Assembly: GCA_951406725.2 (NCBI GenBank)
Contig: OX597820.1
Location: 68,014,001 to 68,078,000, forward strand
Source of the DNA: Octopus vulgaris
Taxonomy: Eukaryota
Direction: 5' to 3'
Length of the DNA: 64,000 bases
Translations under genes and position numbers: made by a program
Notes under the pieces: model-generated
The model's database searches: none
What the model saw: the letters and a program-made list of their open reading frames with translations, nothing else
What the model was told of the DNA's origin: nothing
In this document: positions 13,871 through 27,589 of the stretch, piece after piece
How positions within the stretch are numbered: the stretch's first letter is position 1
Layout: every line of letters starts with the position of its first letter

Positions 13871-14779
13871 GAATAATTATGGTTATTATCATTATAATTA
13901 TTATTTAAAAAGCAAGACGTCAGGCCAGTTGGTCCACTACTGGTCTGTTTTGTTCTGCTTGTCTTTTCTGTGTTTTTTTTTAATTCATTTTCTTTTATTT
14001 ATTTTGCTTACCAATTTTCCGCTCCTGCCGTTCAATGTGCCGCCCTACTCCGTCTGTATCTGCATAGAAACATTTTTTGTTTGTGTGTGCTTTTTGTGTC
14101 CTTTCACTCCCCAATTTTAATTTTACCTTCAAGCCTCGGCCTCACCTTATTCTTCAATCCCACTTTTTTTTTTTTTGCTCCCCACCACCTTTTTGTTCTT
14201 TCATTTCTATCCCCTCCCCCTTATTCCGATCTCCACCTTCGCCCTCGTTCTCACTTTCATCCTCCTCCCTTCCCCTTCATCTTTCCGTGGCCAGAACCCC
14301 CTACCCATCACCACCGCCACCACTCACGCATGCACACTTCTTCTCTCTCTCTCTCTGAGTTTTCCAATGTCTTCCGTTCCTCTTCGCAATCATCACAACA
14401 ACCGCCGCCGCCAGCACCACCTCCACCACCATCATACTACCACCACCACCACCACAACCACCACTGCCGCCGCCGCCACCACCATCAACACCACAAGCAC
14501 CATTCACCGCTACCGACCATCATCAACAGCACAGCCATTACCTCTTACCACTACTCTTAATATACTATCTCCTTTTCCTCTTCCTCCTCCTCCTCCTTCT
14601 CCTCCTCTTCTTCTTCTTCTTCTTCTTCCTCCTCCTCCTCCTCATTTGCTTGTCTTGGTACTAGAAAGCTGCCGTGTTGACGGACACAAGTAATATAGGC
14701 ATAACAATGATAATTTGCGATTTTGTAGAGTAACAAAAAAAATAATAAGAGGGAGAGTGAGAGAGAGCGAGAAAGAGAG

Positions 14780-14814
<35 letters not shown>

Positions 14815-15468
14815 GCACACATACATACAAAGAAGAACAAAAAACAACAAAAAAAAACAAAAAGGAAAAGAATGCGTTACGTTTATTTTATTCTCTGGGA
14901 CGTGTATCCTAATTACATACCTGAGGGACATTGTTTCCAGATCTTAGAACAAAACCACCCCCTCACCTCATGTTATCCCCCTTCTATTTATTTATTTATT
15001 TATTTATCGTACTATTTCTATGTATGTATGTATGTATGTATGTATGTATGTATGTATGTATGTATTTGTGTATGTATGTATGTATTTGCGTATGTATTTA
15101 TGTGTGTTCGTATATGCATCTGATAATGTACGTCTGTTTCTGTTTGTGAATGTGTATGTGTATATGTATTTATACAAGTGTGTGTGTGTGTGTGTGAATA
15201 AGTAATGCTAGTGTTATTATTTTTTTTGTTCTTGTTTTTTTAGTTTTAATTTTTATTTATTTATTGTTTTTTGTATTATTATTATTATCTTTATTTATGT
15301 ATTTACTTTTTTTTTTTGTATTTTCGGTGTTATTGCCTAAAGCAAATTCGTAATTATTCCATTTCCGAAATAAGTCGCATATGCTGTTTTGTTGGCATCT
15401 ATTAAATATATGTGTGTGTATGTGTGTGTGTGTATGTGTGTGTGGTATATACATACATATATATGTAA

Positions 15469-15530
<62 letters not shown>

Positions 15531-15619
15531 TTGTATGTATATACATACATACATATATTTACATGTGTGTGTGTGTACAGAGTTATGTATGTACAGACAT
15601 GTGTACATGGACATGTAAT

Positions 15620-15703
<84 letters not shown>

Positions 15704-16084
15704 CACACACAATCGCAAACATGCACACACATATATATACACATGCATATGCACATACACATACATATGTGTATATACACACACACACATATATATTCAC
15801 TCACATAGACATTGGTTTTTGTTATTCTTTCTTTCCTTCTTTTATCCCCAATGATCAAAGATCCCGCGCTTTTTCCCCGAGTCGTACCGTTCCTCATTTC
15901 TCTTTATTCTAAGTGTCTAAGGACCCTCCTTCCCTTTCTATGCTTTTATGACTTTTTCTGAGCTGCTTCACAAAGATCAAGCGATGTCGACTAAGGGGGG
16001 TCCTTCCCTTTTGTTCCCCCTGTTTCAGAGCTGATAATCGCCGGACCTCTGCCGGCTTACCACTGAGAGAGTGAGAGAGAGAGA

Positions 16085-16130
<46 letters not shown>

Positions 16131-16241
16131 GAGAGAAAGAGAGAGAGAGAGATGTTGGGAAGTGTGAAAAAAGAAGAAATACAAAAAATATTATAATTAA
16201 AAATAACAATTAAAGATAAAAATGAAATAAAACAAAAACAT

Positions 16242-16318
<77 letters not shown>

Positions 16319-17052
16319 CTACACATCTATACATCTACACATCTACACACCACACATATACTTGGATCTACTGATAGAAATCTTGTGTGGAAAGGAGAGA
16401 TATGGAGAGCTTTTGCAAGGAAGAGAAAGATATTGAGCAAATAAGTGCATCGGTGTGTATGTGGTTGGTAGAGGAAATATTGTATAGGCAATAGAGAGAA
16501 TAGAAATGAGATAGGATGAGGTGATAGTGGTTGCATTTGTGAAGGAGAGAGACGACATTGATGGACAAGAAGTTAAAGAAGAGGTGAAGCAAAAACAGAA
16601 GGGGAAAGAAGAAAAAAACACGGATACAATGAGCTAGAAAGAGAAACGGTGAGCGAGAAAAGGTGATCGTGGTGTTGGGTGGAGGTAAAGATGTGTGAAA
16701 GGAAAGACAGGTCAGCAGCAAAGGAGATTAGAGGTATATGAAGGAGGAGGAGGGAGAGAGAAGAAAGGCAAGGGGCAAGGGGGAAAGAGGCAAGGGATGC
16801 ATAATGGTAGCGTAAGTGTGAGTCCAAAGTGTGAAACGTTAGAGAGGAAGAAAGAGAAGGAAAGAGAAAGAAGCGATGCACGCTGGTGAATAAAAGGAAG
16901 AAAGTGAAAATGAAAGTAGAAAGATGAGGCTAGTTAAGTAAACACCCTCCATTTGTGTGTGTGTATGAGTGGTGTGTATGAGTGGTGTATATAAACATGT
17001 GTTATATATATATATGTGTGTGTGTGTTTGTGTGTGTGCATGCAGATGTATG

Positions 17053-17112
<60 letters not shown>

Positions 17113-17419
17113 GTAATACCTTATATATTTGTAACTTTCACATGATACATGATATATTATATAATAAAAAGCCTTTTAAGCCATTTACTTCATTTCTATG
17201 GCTTCATAATTTTTAGGACTTTCTCATTTTCACTACTTATAATGTTCTTGAAATTTCATAGTTATATAATACTGTTTTTCACAAAAAAATCAACATGCGA
17301 AATATGCAATTTGGTGTCATTTGCTAATACATTTTAACTCTTTGATCAAGCAGATCAGTGCCATGCTTTAATGTGCCAAGTCAACACTTTTGGTTGAAAG
17401 TTCAGAGGTTTCATATTCT

Positions 17420-18040
17420 TTTATACTCTAGGCATAAGGACGGCAATTCTTTTGAGGAGGTGGCCTGTCGATTAGATCGACCCCAGTACGCAACTAGTAC
17501 TTAATTTATCGACCTCGAAGATATGAAAGACAAAATCAACCACGGCGGAATTTGAAATCAGAACCTAAAGACAGACGAAATGCCGCTAAGTATTTTTTGC
17601 CCGTCGTGCAAACGTTCCTTATTTCTTTATTGCCCACAAGGGGTTAAACATAGAGGGGACAAACAAGGACGGACAAACGGATTAAGTCGATTATATCGGC
17701 CCCAGTGCGTAACTGGTACTCATTTAATCGACTCCGAAAGGATGAAAGTCAAAAATCGACCTAGGTGGAATTTGAACTCTGAACGTAACGGCAGACGAAA
17801 TACTGCTAAGCATTTCGACCGGCGTCCTAACGTTTCTGCCAGCTCGTCGCCTTACTACATTACTCAATATTATTTTCTACTCTACGCACAAGGCCCGAAA
17901 TATTTGGGGAAGGGGCAGTCAATTAAATGGACCCTGGGACGCAACTGGTCCTTAATTTATCGACCCGAAAGGATGAAAGGCAAAGTCGACCTCGGCGGAA
18001 TTTGAACTCAGAACGTAACGGCAGACGAAATACCGCTAAG
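17420..18040 (-). mobile_element. Array of 3 SINE family B copies
   Basis: Repeated gaatttgaactcagaacgtaacggcagacgaaatac. Confidence 0.85.
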
Positions 18041-18064
18041 CTAACCTATTTCCATCTATTGTTT

Positions 18065-18124
<60 letters not shown>

Positions 18125-18125
<1 letters not shown>

Positions 18126-18415
18126 CGCCGAGCTTACGATCGTGAGGTTGTGAGTTCGAATCCCGTACCGGGCTGCGTGTTGTGTTCTTGAGCAAGACAA
18201 TTTATTACTTTATTTCACGTTGCTCCAGTTCACTCGGCTGTAGAAATGAGTTGCGACATTACAGGTGCCAAGCTGTATCGGCTCTTGCCTTTCCCTTGTA
18301 TAACACTGGTGTCATGGAGAGGGGAGGCCGGTATGCATGGACGACTGCTGGTCTTCCATAAACAACTTTGCCTGGACTTTTGCTTGGGAGGGTAACTTTC
18401 TAGGTGCAATTCTCA
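18125..18415 (+). mobile_element. tRNA-derived SINE with CORE-like domain
   Basis: gagttcgaatccc B box, then gtgttcttgagcaagaca..ttgctccagttcactc; related to 44210-44540. Confidence 0.7.
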
Positions 18416-18473
<58 letters not shown>

Positions 18474-18476
<3 letters not shown>

Positions 18477-18992
18477 GGGATGAGAATGCAACCGGCGACA
18501 GCAAAACATCCAGACATTTGGATGATACAAATAGGAACATGAATAAACAAGGACGGGTCATTCAAAATTTTCTTTCGTCAGTCGAGTTCCAGATTATCTT
18601 TTCAGTTTCGGTTGTTTATACTAAGGACTGCTCCAATCTGGTCAGCCTCAGGGAAAATGTAAGCTAAGAGCACTAGATTCCTTGTAAGAAAGTAGGGAAT
18701 GCATACGAAAACAAGGACGGAAAAAACGGAGTAATTGTACACAGATACAAATGTAAACAACAGGACATTAATAACAGGTGTCTTTCGACTAAGGACGAAT
18801 TAAATTAAGCTGGCGTGTGTCGAAGTGAAGCAGTCTCGAGTATAATCAGCCGAAACTGCAAATATAATATGGAACTCGACTGACGAAAGAAAACTCCGAA
18901 TGACCTGTCCTTGTTTTTTTCATGTCCCTTTTTGTATCATCCAACTGTCCGGATGTTTTGTTGTCGCCTGTTGCGTTCTTGTCTCATTTTTT
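18474..18992. mobile_element. Fold-back copy of a (TA)n-associated non-autonomous element
   Basis: Imperfect inverted arms 18474-18632 and 18829-18992; body homologous to 33130-33525 and 62283-62368. Confidence 0.75.
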
Positions 18993-18999
18993 TGTATTC

Positions 19000-19048
<49 letters not shown>

Positions 19049-19323
19049 CACAAACACACACACACACAGACACACTCACACACACACATATTTATATATA
19101 TATATTTAAATAAAATTTTTAAAAGCCCACCTGAAGGGATAGAAAATATGCAATGGTCTACTGGTTTGTTACCTATTATTTTGTTGTGAATAGTAATATT
19201 CTTCAAATAATAGGTTTAAATATAAATCTTGATTTATAAATATTCAAATTAAAATCCCCCAAAATGGAGAAGTAGCGTTTCGGAAGAATAACATGTAATA
19301 ACTTGACGATATGTCTTTTTTTA

Positions 19324-19409
19324 CTCCTCTGAAGAGATTTTGCCCAATAAAATGTTTTAATTACTGGAATTTAATTCTTTTCGGCAAACTCGAAGCAGCT
19401 GTAAGTGAG
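19324..19409 (+). ncRNA. Degenerate type I hammerhead ribozyme in a (TA)n-flanked PLE-like remnant
   Basis: ctcct-CTGAAGA-gattttgcc...ggcaaactc-GAAG-cagctg-TA-agtgag (core GAAA changed to GAAG). Confidence 0.6.
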
Positions 19410-19586
19410 CAGGTTGAACTTTTGCAGTTAATAAATTAAATTAACGCTACTTCTCCAGTTTCAGGATTTTAATTTGTATATATATATATACACTGCTGGT
19501 AGAATACCCAATTATTAATACACAAGTGTTGGTTATTGCGTGGCAATTACATTACTAAGCGTATATGTATATGTATCTTTTTTTCC

Positions 19587-19952
19587 CTTTTTACTTGTTT
19601 CAGTCATTTTGACTGCGGCCATGCTGGTGCACCGCCTTTAATCGAGCAACTCGACCCCGGGACTTATTCTTTGTAAGCCCAGTACTTATTCTATCGGTCT
19701 CTTTTGCCGAACCGCTAAGTGACAGGGACATAAACACACCAGCATCAGTTGTCAAGCAATGCTAGGGGGACAAACACAGACACACAAACATACACGTACA
19801 TATATACGACGGGCTTCTTTCAGTTTCCGTCTACCAAATCCACTCACACGGCTTTGGTCGGCCCGAGGCTATAGTAGAAGACACTTGCCCAAGGTGCCAC
19901 GCAGTGGGACTGAACCCGGAACCATGTGGTTGGTAAACAAGCTACTTACCAC
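19587..19952 (-). mobile_element. SINE family A
   Basis: Near-complete copy. Confidence 0.9.
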
Positions 19953-19968
19953 ATACGCACACACACGC

Positions 19969-20049
<81 letters not shown>

Positions 20050-20249
20050 CCCAGCAGGACTAAAAGCAAGACCTGTCAAAAAGTGAAGTCGACTGCGGTT
20101 GCAATAATTTCAAGCACGGGCATTGTTGGTGTTTTGTATGGGCAATGACCAATGATGGTCTTCCTTGGTCGCTAGTGGACGGCCATCATTATTCCATATA
20201 TATATATATATATATGAACTAATTTGTTTCATATACATACATACATGCA

Positions 20250-20281
<32 letters not shown>

Positions 20282-20283
20282 CC

Positions 20284-20319
<36 letters not shown>

Positions 20320-20320
<1 letters not shown>

Positions 20321-20875
20321 TAGCAGTATCGCCCGGCGTTGCTCGGGTTTGTAAGGGAAATAACTATATAAGCATTTTTAGAGAGTTATAGCCAAAAGTA
20401 GCAGAAAAAATGCATTAAAAATGGAAAAAAAATTATGGTAAATTGTTTTTTAAATCGTTGACTCATCGTAGACATTTTCTGTTTTGGTGTCTTCAAGCCA
20501 TGAAGTCGTTGTTCTAAAAGAACGCTGGTCTCCTTGACAACGCTTTACGACGTTAATTTCCTTACACTCCCTTCCCCACAGCTTCACGAGGGAGGGGAGA
20601 AGCAAACACAGGTGCAGGTGTGACCATGGACGCCAACTCCGCCGCCATCGACACACGAAAAATTATGCATTAAAATGGAATAAAAAATGATGTTAAATTA
20701 TTTTAAAAATCGTAGACTCATTGTAGACGCGCGCTAATAGCCAGACGGGCTCGATATTAATCACGACTATAAGATACCCGAATTTGGTTAAACTGCATCG
20801 CAAAATGTGGGAGTAGTTAGGAATCTAAATCGAAGGGGACAGACACTCACACAACTACAGTTTTATATATATAGA
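20320..20875 (-). mobile_element. Complete non-autonomous Helitron
   Basis: Minus strand begins A|TCtatatatataaaactg and ends with hairpin cccgagcaacgccggg followed by cgatactgCTAG|T. Confidence 0.85.
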
Positions 20876-21257
20876 TATATAGATATACATATATATATAG
20901 GGCAAGAATGAAATGGAGGGGATCCAGAGGTAGTATGAATCAACTGTTAGGCATTATCTTATGTCTATTTATTTTAAGCAATTCTGAGAATATATATATA
21001 CATGTGTAAAGATTGTGTTTTACATATAAAGTACCAGTAATTTCTAAAGTAGAGAAAGAAAAGCAGTCTCTTACAGCTGTTTCTTTTTTTGCCTTATAAA
21101 TTAAGGGTAAAACCACTTGTTACCCTCGCTCATTTATTACGCTCAGTAGTGTAATTGCCACGCAATAATCAACACTTGTGTATTAATAATTGGGTATTTA
21201 ATATTGGATAGATATTATCCCTTAGTTGGTTGGATTCACAACCTCTAACTCACTTTG

Positions 21258-21327
<70 letters not shown>

Positions 21328-21329
<2 letters not shown>

Positions 21330-21590
21330 CGGGAAGCTTTATGAAAATAAACAAAAGACGAAGGCAGGTGGAATACAGACAAACAATTGTATTAGTATGG
21401 CGCTCAGGAATATAAATAAAACAAGTCTTTTACGTTTCGAGCCTACGCTCTTCAACAGAAAGATACATTGAGAAGAAACACAGAAAGAAGGAGAGAAAAA
21501 AATGCGTGCAGAGGCTAGCGAATCAACATGGCGATCTGATTTCGGCCAGAAGTCAAAGATCAAACGTGAGACGCAAGAGCGAAATTAGGG
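21328..21590 (-). mobile_element. Penelope-like terminal repeat fragment with hammerhead (21426-21463)
   Basis: Near-identical inverted copy at 61985-62216; abuts (TA)n; tcttt-CTGTTGA-agagc-gtag-gctc-GAAA-cg-TA-aaaga. Confidence 0.75.
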
Positions 21591-22959
21591 GAGATAATAT
21601 ATATATATATATATATATACACGTTCGTATGTATATATAATAACAAAAAAGTGCCAGTAAAAACAACTCACAGTGAGTACTATTGTATATTTGAACAACA
21701 AAAGCATATAATGATACATTAAATACCATACAATAATAAATTTCTCATTGACAGAAATCCGTTCTGCTTCCAGCAGAGGTGAAAGGGTTAGCGCCTGGTA
21801 ACAAATAAGACTAGCTGTAAATGACAAGGGGAGATAATCTCAAAGATCAAGAATTTGTCCCAAATTGGTATGCCATCAGGCAATTGTTTTACCTTCTTTA
21901 GAAGTGGAGATGATTTCTATAAATCAAGAAGTGATACATAAGTTATGAAATGAAATAAAGTTTGAAAAAGATAGAAGAAAGAAAAAGAAAAGAACTGGCA
22001 TAAAATATAGTCAGCATAAAATATACTGTGGGGTAAAATATACCGTAAGAGAAAACGAGATGTATGTATGTACTCGTATATATGAGTATCTCTCTGTATG
22101 TGTGTATGTATTTATAAAGTGAAATGAAAAAGAGGGCAAAGAGCGAGAGAAAAGCAGATGAAGAAAGAGTGAGAGAGGGAGAGAGAGAGAGGATGAGAGA
22201 GAGGAGAGAGAGGAGAGAGAGGAGAGAGAAGGGGGAAACAATGCGAGTGAAGGTTGGAGGTATTAAGTTATTTAAAAAATTTCTGTTGCAAAAATACATT
22301 GGAACAATTTTTAATCCAATTGAATCGAATTGATACACACATACACACACACAAATACACGCGCACACGCATGTATGTGTGTGTGTACAGAAAGAACAGA
22401 GAGAGAGAGAGAGAGGGGGGAGGGTAGAGGACAGAGGGAGAAAGATAGTATATGACAGAATACTTGAAAAATGAGGGTGATGATTACGTAGAAACGGGTA
22501 CATGTGTGCAAATATATGCATAGGAGCACCCACCCACTGAAAAGTATGTATGAAGGAATATATATATATATATAAGATAGTTATAACCGGATTTATGATT
22601 TACTACGATATATATATATGTATATGTATATATATATATGTATATATACATATATATGCGTATATATATATATATATATAAATCTTATGTATGTATACTT
22701 GTATGTATATATATATATATATATCTTATGTATGCATCTATGTATATATATATTTTATATATATATACATGTATGTCTTATATGTGAATATAAATATGCA
22801 TGTGCATATGTGCGTGTATAAATGCGTGTGTAGGTATGAATGTTTGTATGTGTGTATATATATATATATGCTAGTATATACTTGCATACACACACACCCC
22901 CGAATGCCTATATACCTACACACACAGACACACATACGCACACACCACACACACACACA

Positions 22960-23023
<64 letters not shown>

Positions 23024-23919
23024 AACACACACACGCACACATACAGACGGAGCACGAATAAAATGGAAAGAGAGAAAGAATGAAAGAAACAGAGAGATAG
23101 ATAGAGAGTGAGAGCGAGAGAAAGAGAGAAAAAGAGAGAGAGGGGGAGAAAGAGAGAGAGAGAGAACCTTGCACAACGCCTGCCGTCGCTGCTGGGTGTG
23201 CTTGAAAGTGGGGTGGAGGTTGGTGTTATTGATGGTGTTGATGGAGGCATAAACATATCGCGGACTTGGTGAACACAAGAACACCACAAGATTCTCTCTG
23301 TCCCTCAGGGAAAGACAGAAAATTAAAGACAGCGTGAAAGAACAACAACAAACAAATAAATAATTTCAATAAGTATTTTAAAAAAAAGGGAGAAAAAAAT
23401 CATTATCAGTACGACAAAAAAAATCTACCATTAGCATCATCACCACCACAATTAGTATCACCGCCGTTTCCTACAGTACCACCACCACCACCATCACCAA
23501 AACCACTCTCACCACCACCACCATCATCATCATCGTTGTCATCGTTGTTGTCACCATCATGACACTCCCCCTCCCCCTCCTTCTCCTCCTCTACATCATC
23601 GCTAACATTGTCATTATCATCATCAGTGTGACAAAAACATTTACGCTTTTCCAGTTTGCCAAACATAATCCCTAAATGCTCCTCAAATCAGACCCTTCCA
23701 TCATTAAAAGAAATTAAAAAAAATAATGGGAGGAAGCACATTGGACAACATAAACCAGGGTACGTTGTACTTATAAAGATGAGAAAAATGTTGGCCGGGT
23801 CACGCAGGGTTGTCAAGCAAAAAATAAAAGACAAGGTGGCCTCGCTTGGATTTGAACTTACAACATAAAAAGACATCACTTTAAACGGTAAATCAAGTTT
23901 CCCAAAGCTCTATAAATAT

Positions 23920-24370
23920 TGATTTTAAATTTTAGCACAAGACCACAATTCTGAGGGAGGGCTTAATACGAAGGAGGGCATCGACTCCAGTGCTCAACTG
24001 GTACTTGTTTTATCCACTCCGAAAGGATAAAAGGAAAAGTTGACCTCTGCAGAATTTGAACTCAGAACATAAAAACTGACGATATGCCACTAAGCATTTT
24101 AATCGGCGTGCTAATGGTTCATCCAGGGCGCCGCCTTAATGTTCTACAAATATTGGTAGTAAATTTTGGTACAAAACCAGAAGTTTTGGGAGAGGGGCCA
24201 AGTCGATTAAACTGATCCCAGTGTTCAACTAGTACTTATTTCATCGAACTCGAAAGAACGAAAGGCAATGTCAACCTCGACAGAATTTGAACCCAAACGT
24301 AGGGACGGACGAAATGACGCTAAACATTTTGTCCGGCACGGTAACGATTCTGCCAGCTCACAGCTTTAAG
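23920..24370 (-). mobile_element. Two diverged SINE family B copies
   Basis: Family B motifs on the minus strand. Confidence 0.7.
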
Positions 24371-24411
24371 CACTCTATATATCGAGAGGCAACGGTTGTA
24401 ACAACAGCAGT

Positions 24412-24740
24412 GGAGGCCCAATGACCCAGTGGTTAGGGCAGCGAACTCGCGGTCGTAAGAACGCGGTTTCGATTCCTAGACCGAGCATAGTGAGTGTTTA
24501 TTGAGCAAAAACACCTAAGCTCCACGAGGCTCCGGGGGGGGGGGGGGTGAACCCGCTTTCACCACAACTTTCTCTCACTCTTTCTTACTTCTGCCACAAA
24601 GCAGAGGAACCATGGTGTAACCCACTATGGTGTGGTAACCTTTCCGACCCTAGTCTAGATTGCGAATCCTCTGTACCCCGTTAAAAGCCACCGTTTACGA
24701 AATGAGGATAACAACGTAGCTTTCGCGCCCGTGCAACAGC
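24412..24740 (+). mobile_element. SINE family C with extended 3' body
   Basis: Reverse complement of 60340-60680. Confidence 0.75.
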
Positions 24741-24744
24741 CAGT

Positions 24745-25107
24745 CTGTCCTTGTTTGTCCTCTCTGTGTTTAGCCACTTGTGGGTAGTAAAGAAATTGGT
24801 ATTTCGTCTGTCTTTACGTTCTGAGTTCAAATTCCGCCGAGGTCGACTTTGCCTTTCATCCTTTCGGAGTCGATAAATTATGTAATAATTGCGTATTGAG
24901 GTCGATCTAATCCAATAGGCAAAAAAAAAAAAAAAATTTCGGTCCTTGTGCCTTGAGTAGAAAAGAATATTGAGTAATGTAGTAAGGCGGCGAGCTGGCA
25001 GAGACGTTAGCACGCCGGGCGAAATACTTAGCGTCATTTCGTCTGTCTTTACGTTCTGAGTTCAAATTCCGCCGAGGTCGACTTTGCCTTTCATCCTTTC
25101 GGGGTCG

Positions 25108-25115
<8 letters not shown>
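24745..25115 (+). mobile_element. SINE family B dimer
   Basis: Family B motifs occur twice. Confidence 0.85.
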
Positions 25116-25147
<32 letters not shown>

Positions 25148-25149
25148 TT

Positions 25150-25448
25150 CAAGCAAAACGCCCTCCGACCGTCCCATAGGCCTCCCTTTTGAGAAACACT
25201 GATTTAACCTAAATTTGAGCCATCAGCAAAAGAAGAAATAAAGATAGACATTTTTTTCTATTCCAAAGAATGCTTTATCGATCGCATTCTCACCTGGAAT
25301 CGATTTTTGTAATTTTTTCAAGACTTATACACGCCCTGATACCGTCGGTATCTACATGTCAAATTTGAGTGCAATCGGATGGAGGATGCCCGAGATCCTA
25401 GAAGACACACACACAGACAGACAGACAGAACAGATTTTATATGATAGA
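25150..25448 (-). mobile_element. Helitron 5' portion
   Basis: Minus strand A|TCtatcatataaaatctgttctgtctgtctg, the same 5' architecture as the other Helitrons; no CTAG end found. Confidence 0.6.
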
Positions 25449-25497
25449 TATGCATACATACATATATATATGACAGGGAAAAAGACAGATAGAGAGG

Positions 25498-25550
<53 letters not shown>

Positions 25551-26013
25551 AGGGAGAAACAGACAAAGTCAAACAAAGAGACAAAGAGAGCAGCTCATGT
25601 TGCAGTCTGGCAGCTCATGCAATGTGTTTCTTCTTCAAAGCGCTGAAGCATTTCCCAAACATCGTTAAATAGTTCTGTAGTTTTATTCGTCTAATCACTC
25701 AAGCAATTTGCCAGCTCTGATGACAACTGCATTGACACAATCTGTTGTTACTGCAGATGCAGCTTGGTTGCAGTCATTGTTGTTGCTTTGCACAATGTGT
25801 CGCTGCACTGCTGTTATTCGATTGCAACTGTTGTGTCGATTCAGCTGTTAGCAAGTTGCACAATAGTCGTAGACATGTATCTACCGTACCATACCTAGCG
25901 AAATTGGAGAAGATGTAAAAAACGATAATGTAAAGAAAGTACCCCTCCCTGTCTCAGTCTCTCTCATATACGTGTGTATCATATATATATATGTATATAT
26001 ATACAGGGTGTCC

Positions 26014-26077
<64 letters not shown>

Positions 26078-26080
<3 letters not shown>

Positions 26081-26800
26081 GCAGGAGTGGCTGTGTGGTA
26101 AGTGGCTTGCTTACCAACCACATGGTTCCGGGTTCAGTCCCACTGGGTAAGTGTCTTCTACTATAGTCTCGGGTCGACCAAAGCCTTGTGAGTGGATTTG
26201 GTAGACGGAAACTGAAAGAATCCCGTCGTATATATATATATATATATATATATAAATTTATATATGAGGATAATATCGATATTTAAGTATCAAAATTATC
26301 AAGTGGCCAGCATGAAAGAAATACCTTACAAAGGTAAAAAATTTTTTTTTTTTTTTTTTTTTTAAATTAAAAATGAGGGTGTCTAAAAGACACCAACATG
26401 CCGAAATAGCAGTCGAAATTCTGACTATAAAACCACGTTAAATGTTCATATCGTACCATGAGGTAAAGCGGAGAGACGAAACATACAAGCAAAAATTATT
26501 GAATAATTCAAGATCCAAGGATTTCTGGTTCTGCTTTAAATAAGCTTTACCGTCATCAATTGAATACATCAAGGGTACATAAATACAGATTTATGTACCC
26601 TTGATATATTCAATTGATGACGGTAAAGCTTATTTAAAGCAGAACCAGAAATCCTTGGATCTTGAATTATTCAATAATTTTTGCTTGTATGTTTCGTCCC
26701 TCCGCTTTACCTCATGGTACGATATGAACATTTAACGTGGTTTTATAGTCAGAATTTCGACTGCTATTTCGGCATGTTGGTGTCTTTTAGACACCCTCAT

Positions 26801-26865
<65 letters not shown>

Positions 26866-27057
26866 TGTGTGTCTGTGTTTGTCCCCCCAACATCGCTTGA
26901 CAACCAATGCTGGTGTGTTTACGTCCACTTAGCGGTTTGGCAAGAGAGACCGATAGAATAAGTACTAGGCTTACAAAGAATAAGTCCTGGGGTCATTTTG
27001 CTCCACTAAAGGCGGCGCTCCAGCACTGCCACAGTCAAATGACTGAAACAAATAAAA

Positions 27058-27060
<3 letters not shown>
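26078..27060 (+). mobile_element. SINE family A interrupted in its internal (TA)n by a palindromic insertion
   Basis: Head 26078-26230; 3' half 26860-27060. Confidence 0.85.
26366..26808. repeat. Near-perfect palindrome with about 219-bp arms and a 4-nt loop
   Basis: Arms 26366-26584 and 26589-26808 around acag; 2 mismatches and 1 indel by eye. Confidence 0.95.
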
Positions 27061-27096
<36 letters not shown>

Positions 27097-27099
<3 letters not shown>

Positions 27100-27589
27100 G
27101 GTGTCTTTGATAGACGATGTACGGCTTACCTCGATGCAACAAATCCAAACAAATGGATTGGGAGGAGAGGTAGCGTGAGGCAGCGTTGAATTTCCTGCAC
27201 GTTCTCCAGACCTCACGCTAATGGATTTTTTTTAATGGGGACATCTCAAAGATAAGGTTTACACTGCAAAACCGGTGACAATTGATGATTTGAAAAATGA
27301 AATTCGAATAGAATATCTTGCGATTCCAAATGAAATGTTTGGCAATGTTGTCGGATCCATTGTTGGACGTTATCAGCTTTGTTTGGAAAAAGAAAGGAAG
27401 GTAGTTTGAACATTTGCGAACACGCAGGAATGAGAGAGAACATTAAATAATTGTTTCTACAACAATATATTTTCCTGAATTTAATTTAACTTTTTAGGAT
27501 TGTATGTATATCAATAAACATCTACTTGAACACAAAATGCATGAGTACTGGGGAGTCAAAGAGTGAATACCTCTTTTTGGGACACCCTG
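27097..27589 (+). mobile_element. Internally deleted Tc1/mariner element (transposase C-terminus, likely DD41D/rosa-like)
   Basis: TIRs TA|cagggtgtc and gacaccctg; decayed reading KWIGRRG..FPARSPDLTLMDFF.WGHLKDKVY. Confidence 0.8.

Noticed and set aside
14920-23309. 11-nt complement cctgagggaca / tgtccctcagg between two unique islands (docking-selector idea)
   Set aside because: Short enough to arise by chance and it does not extend.
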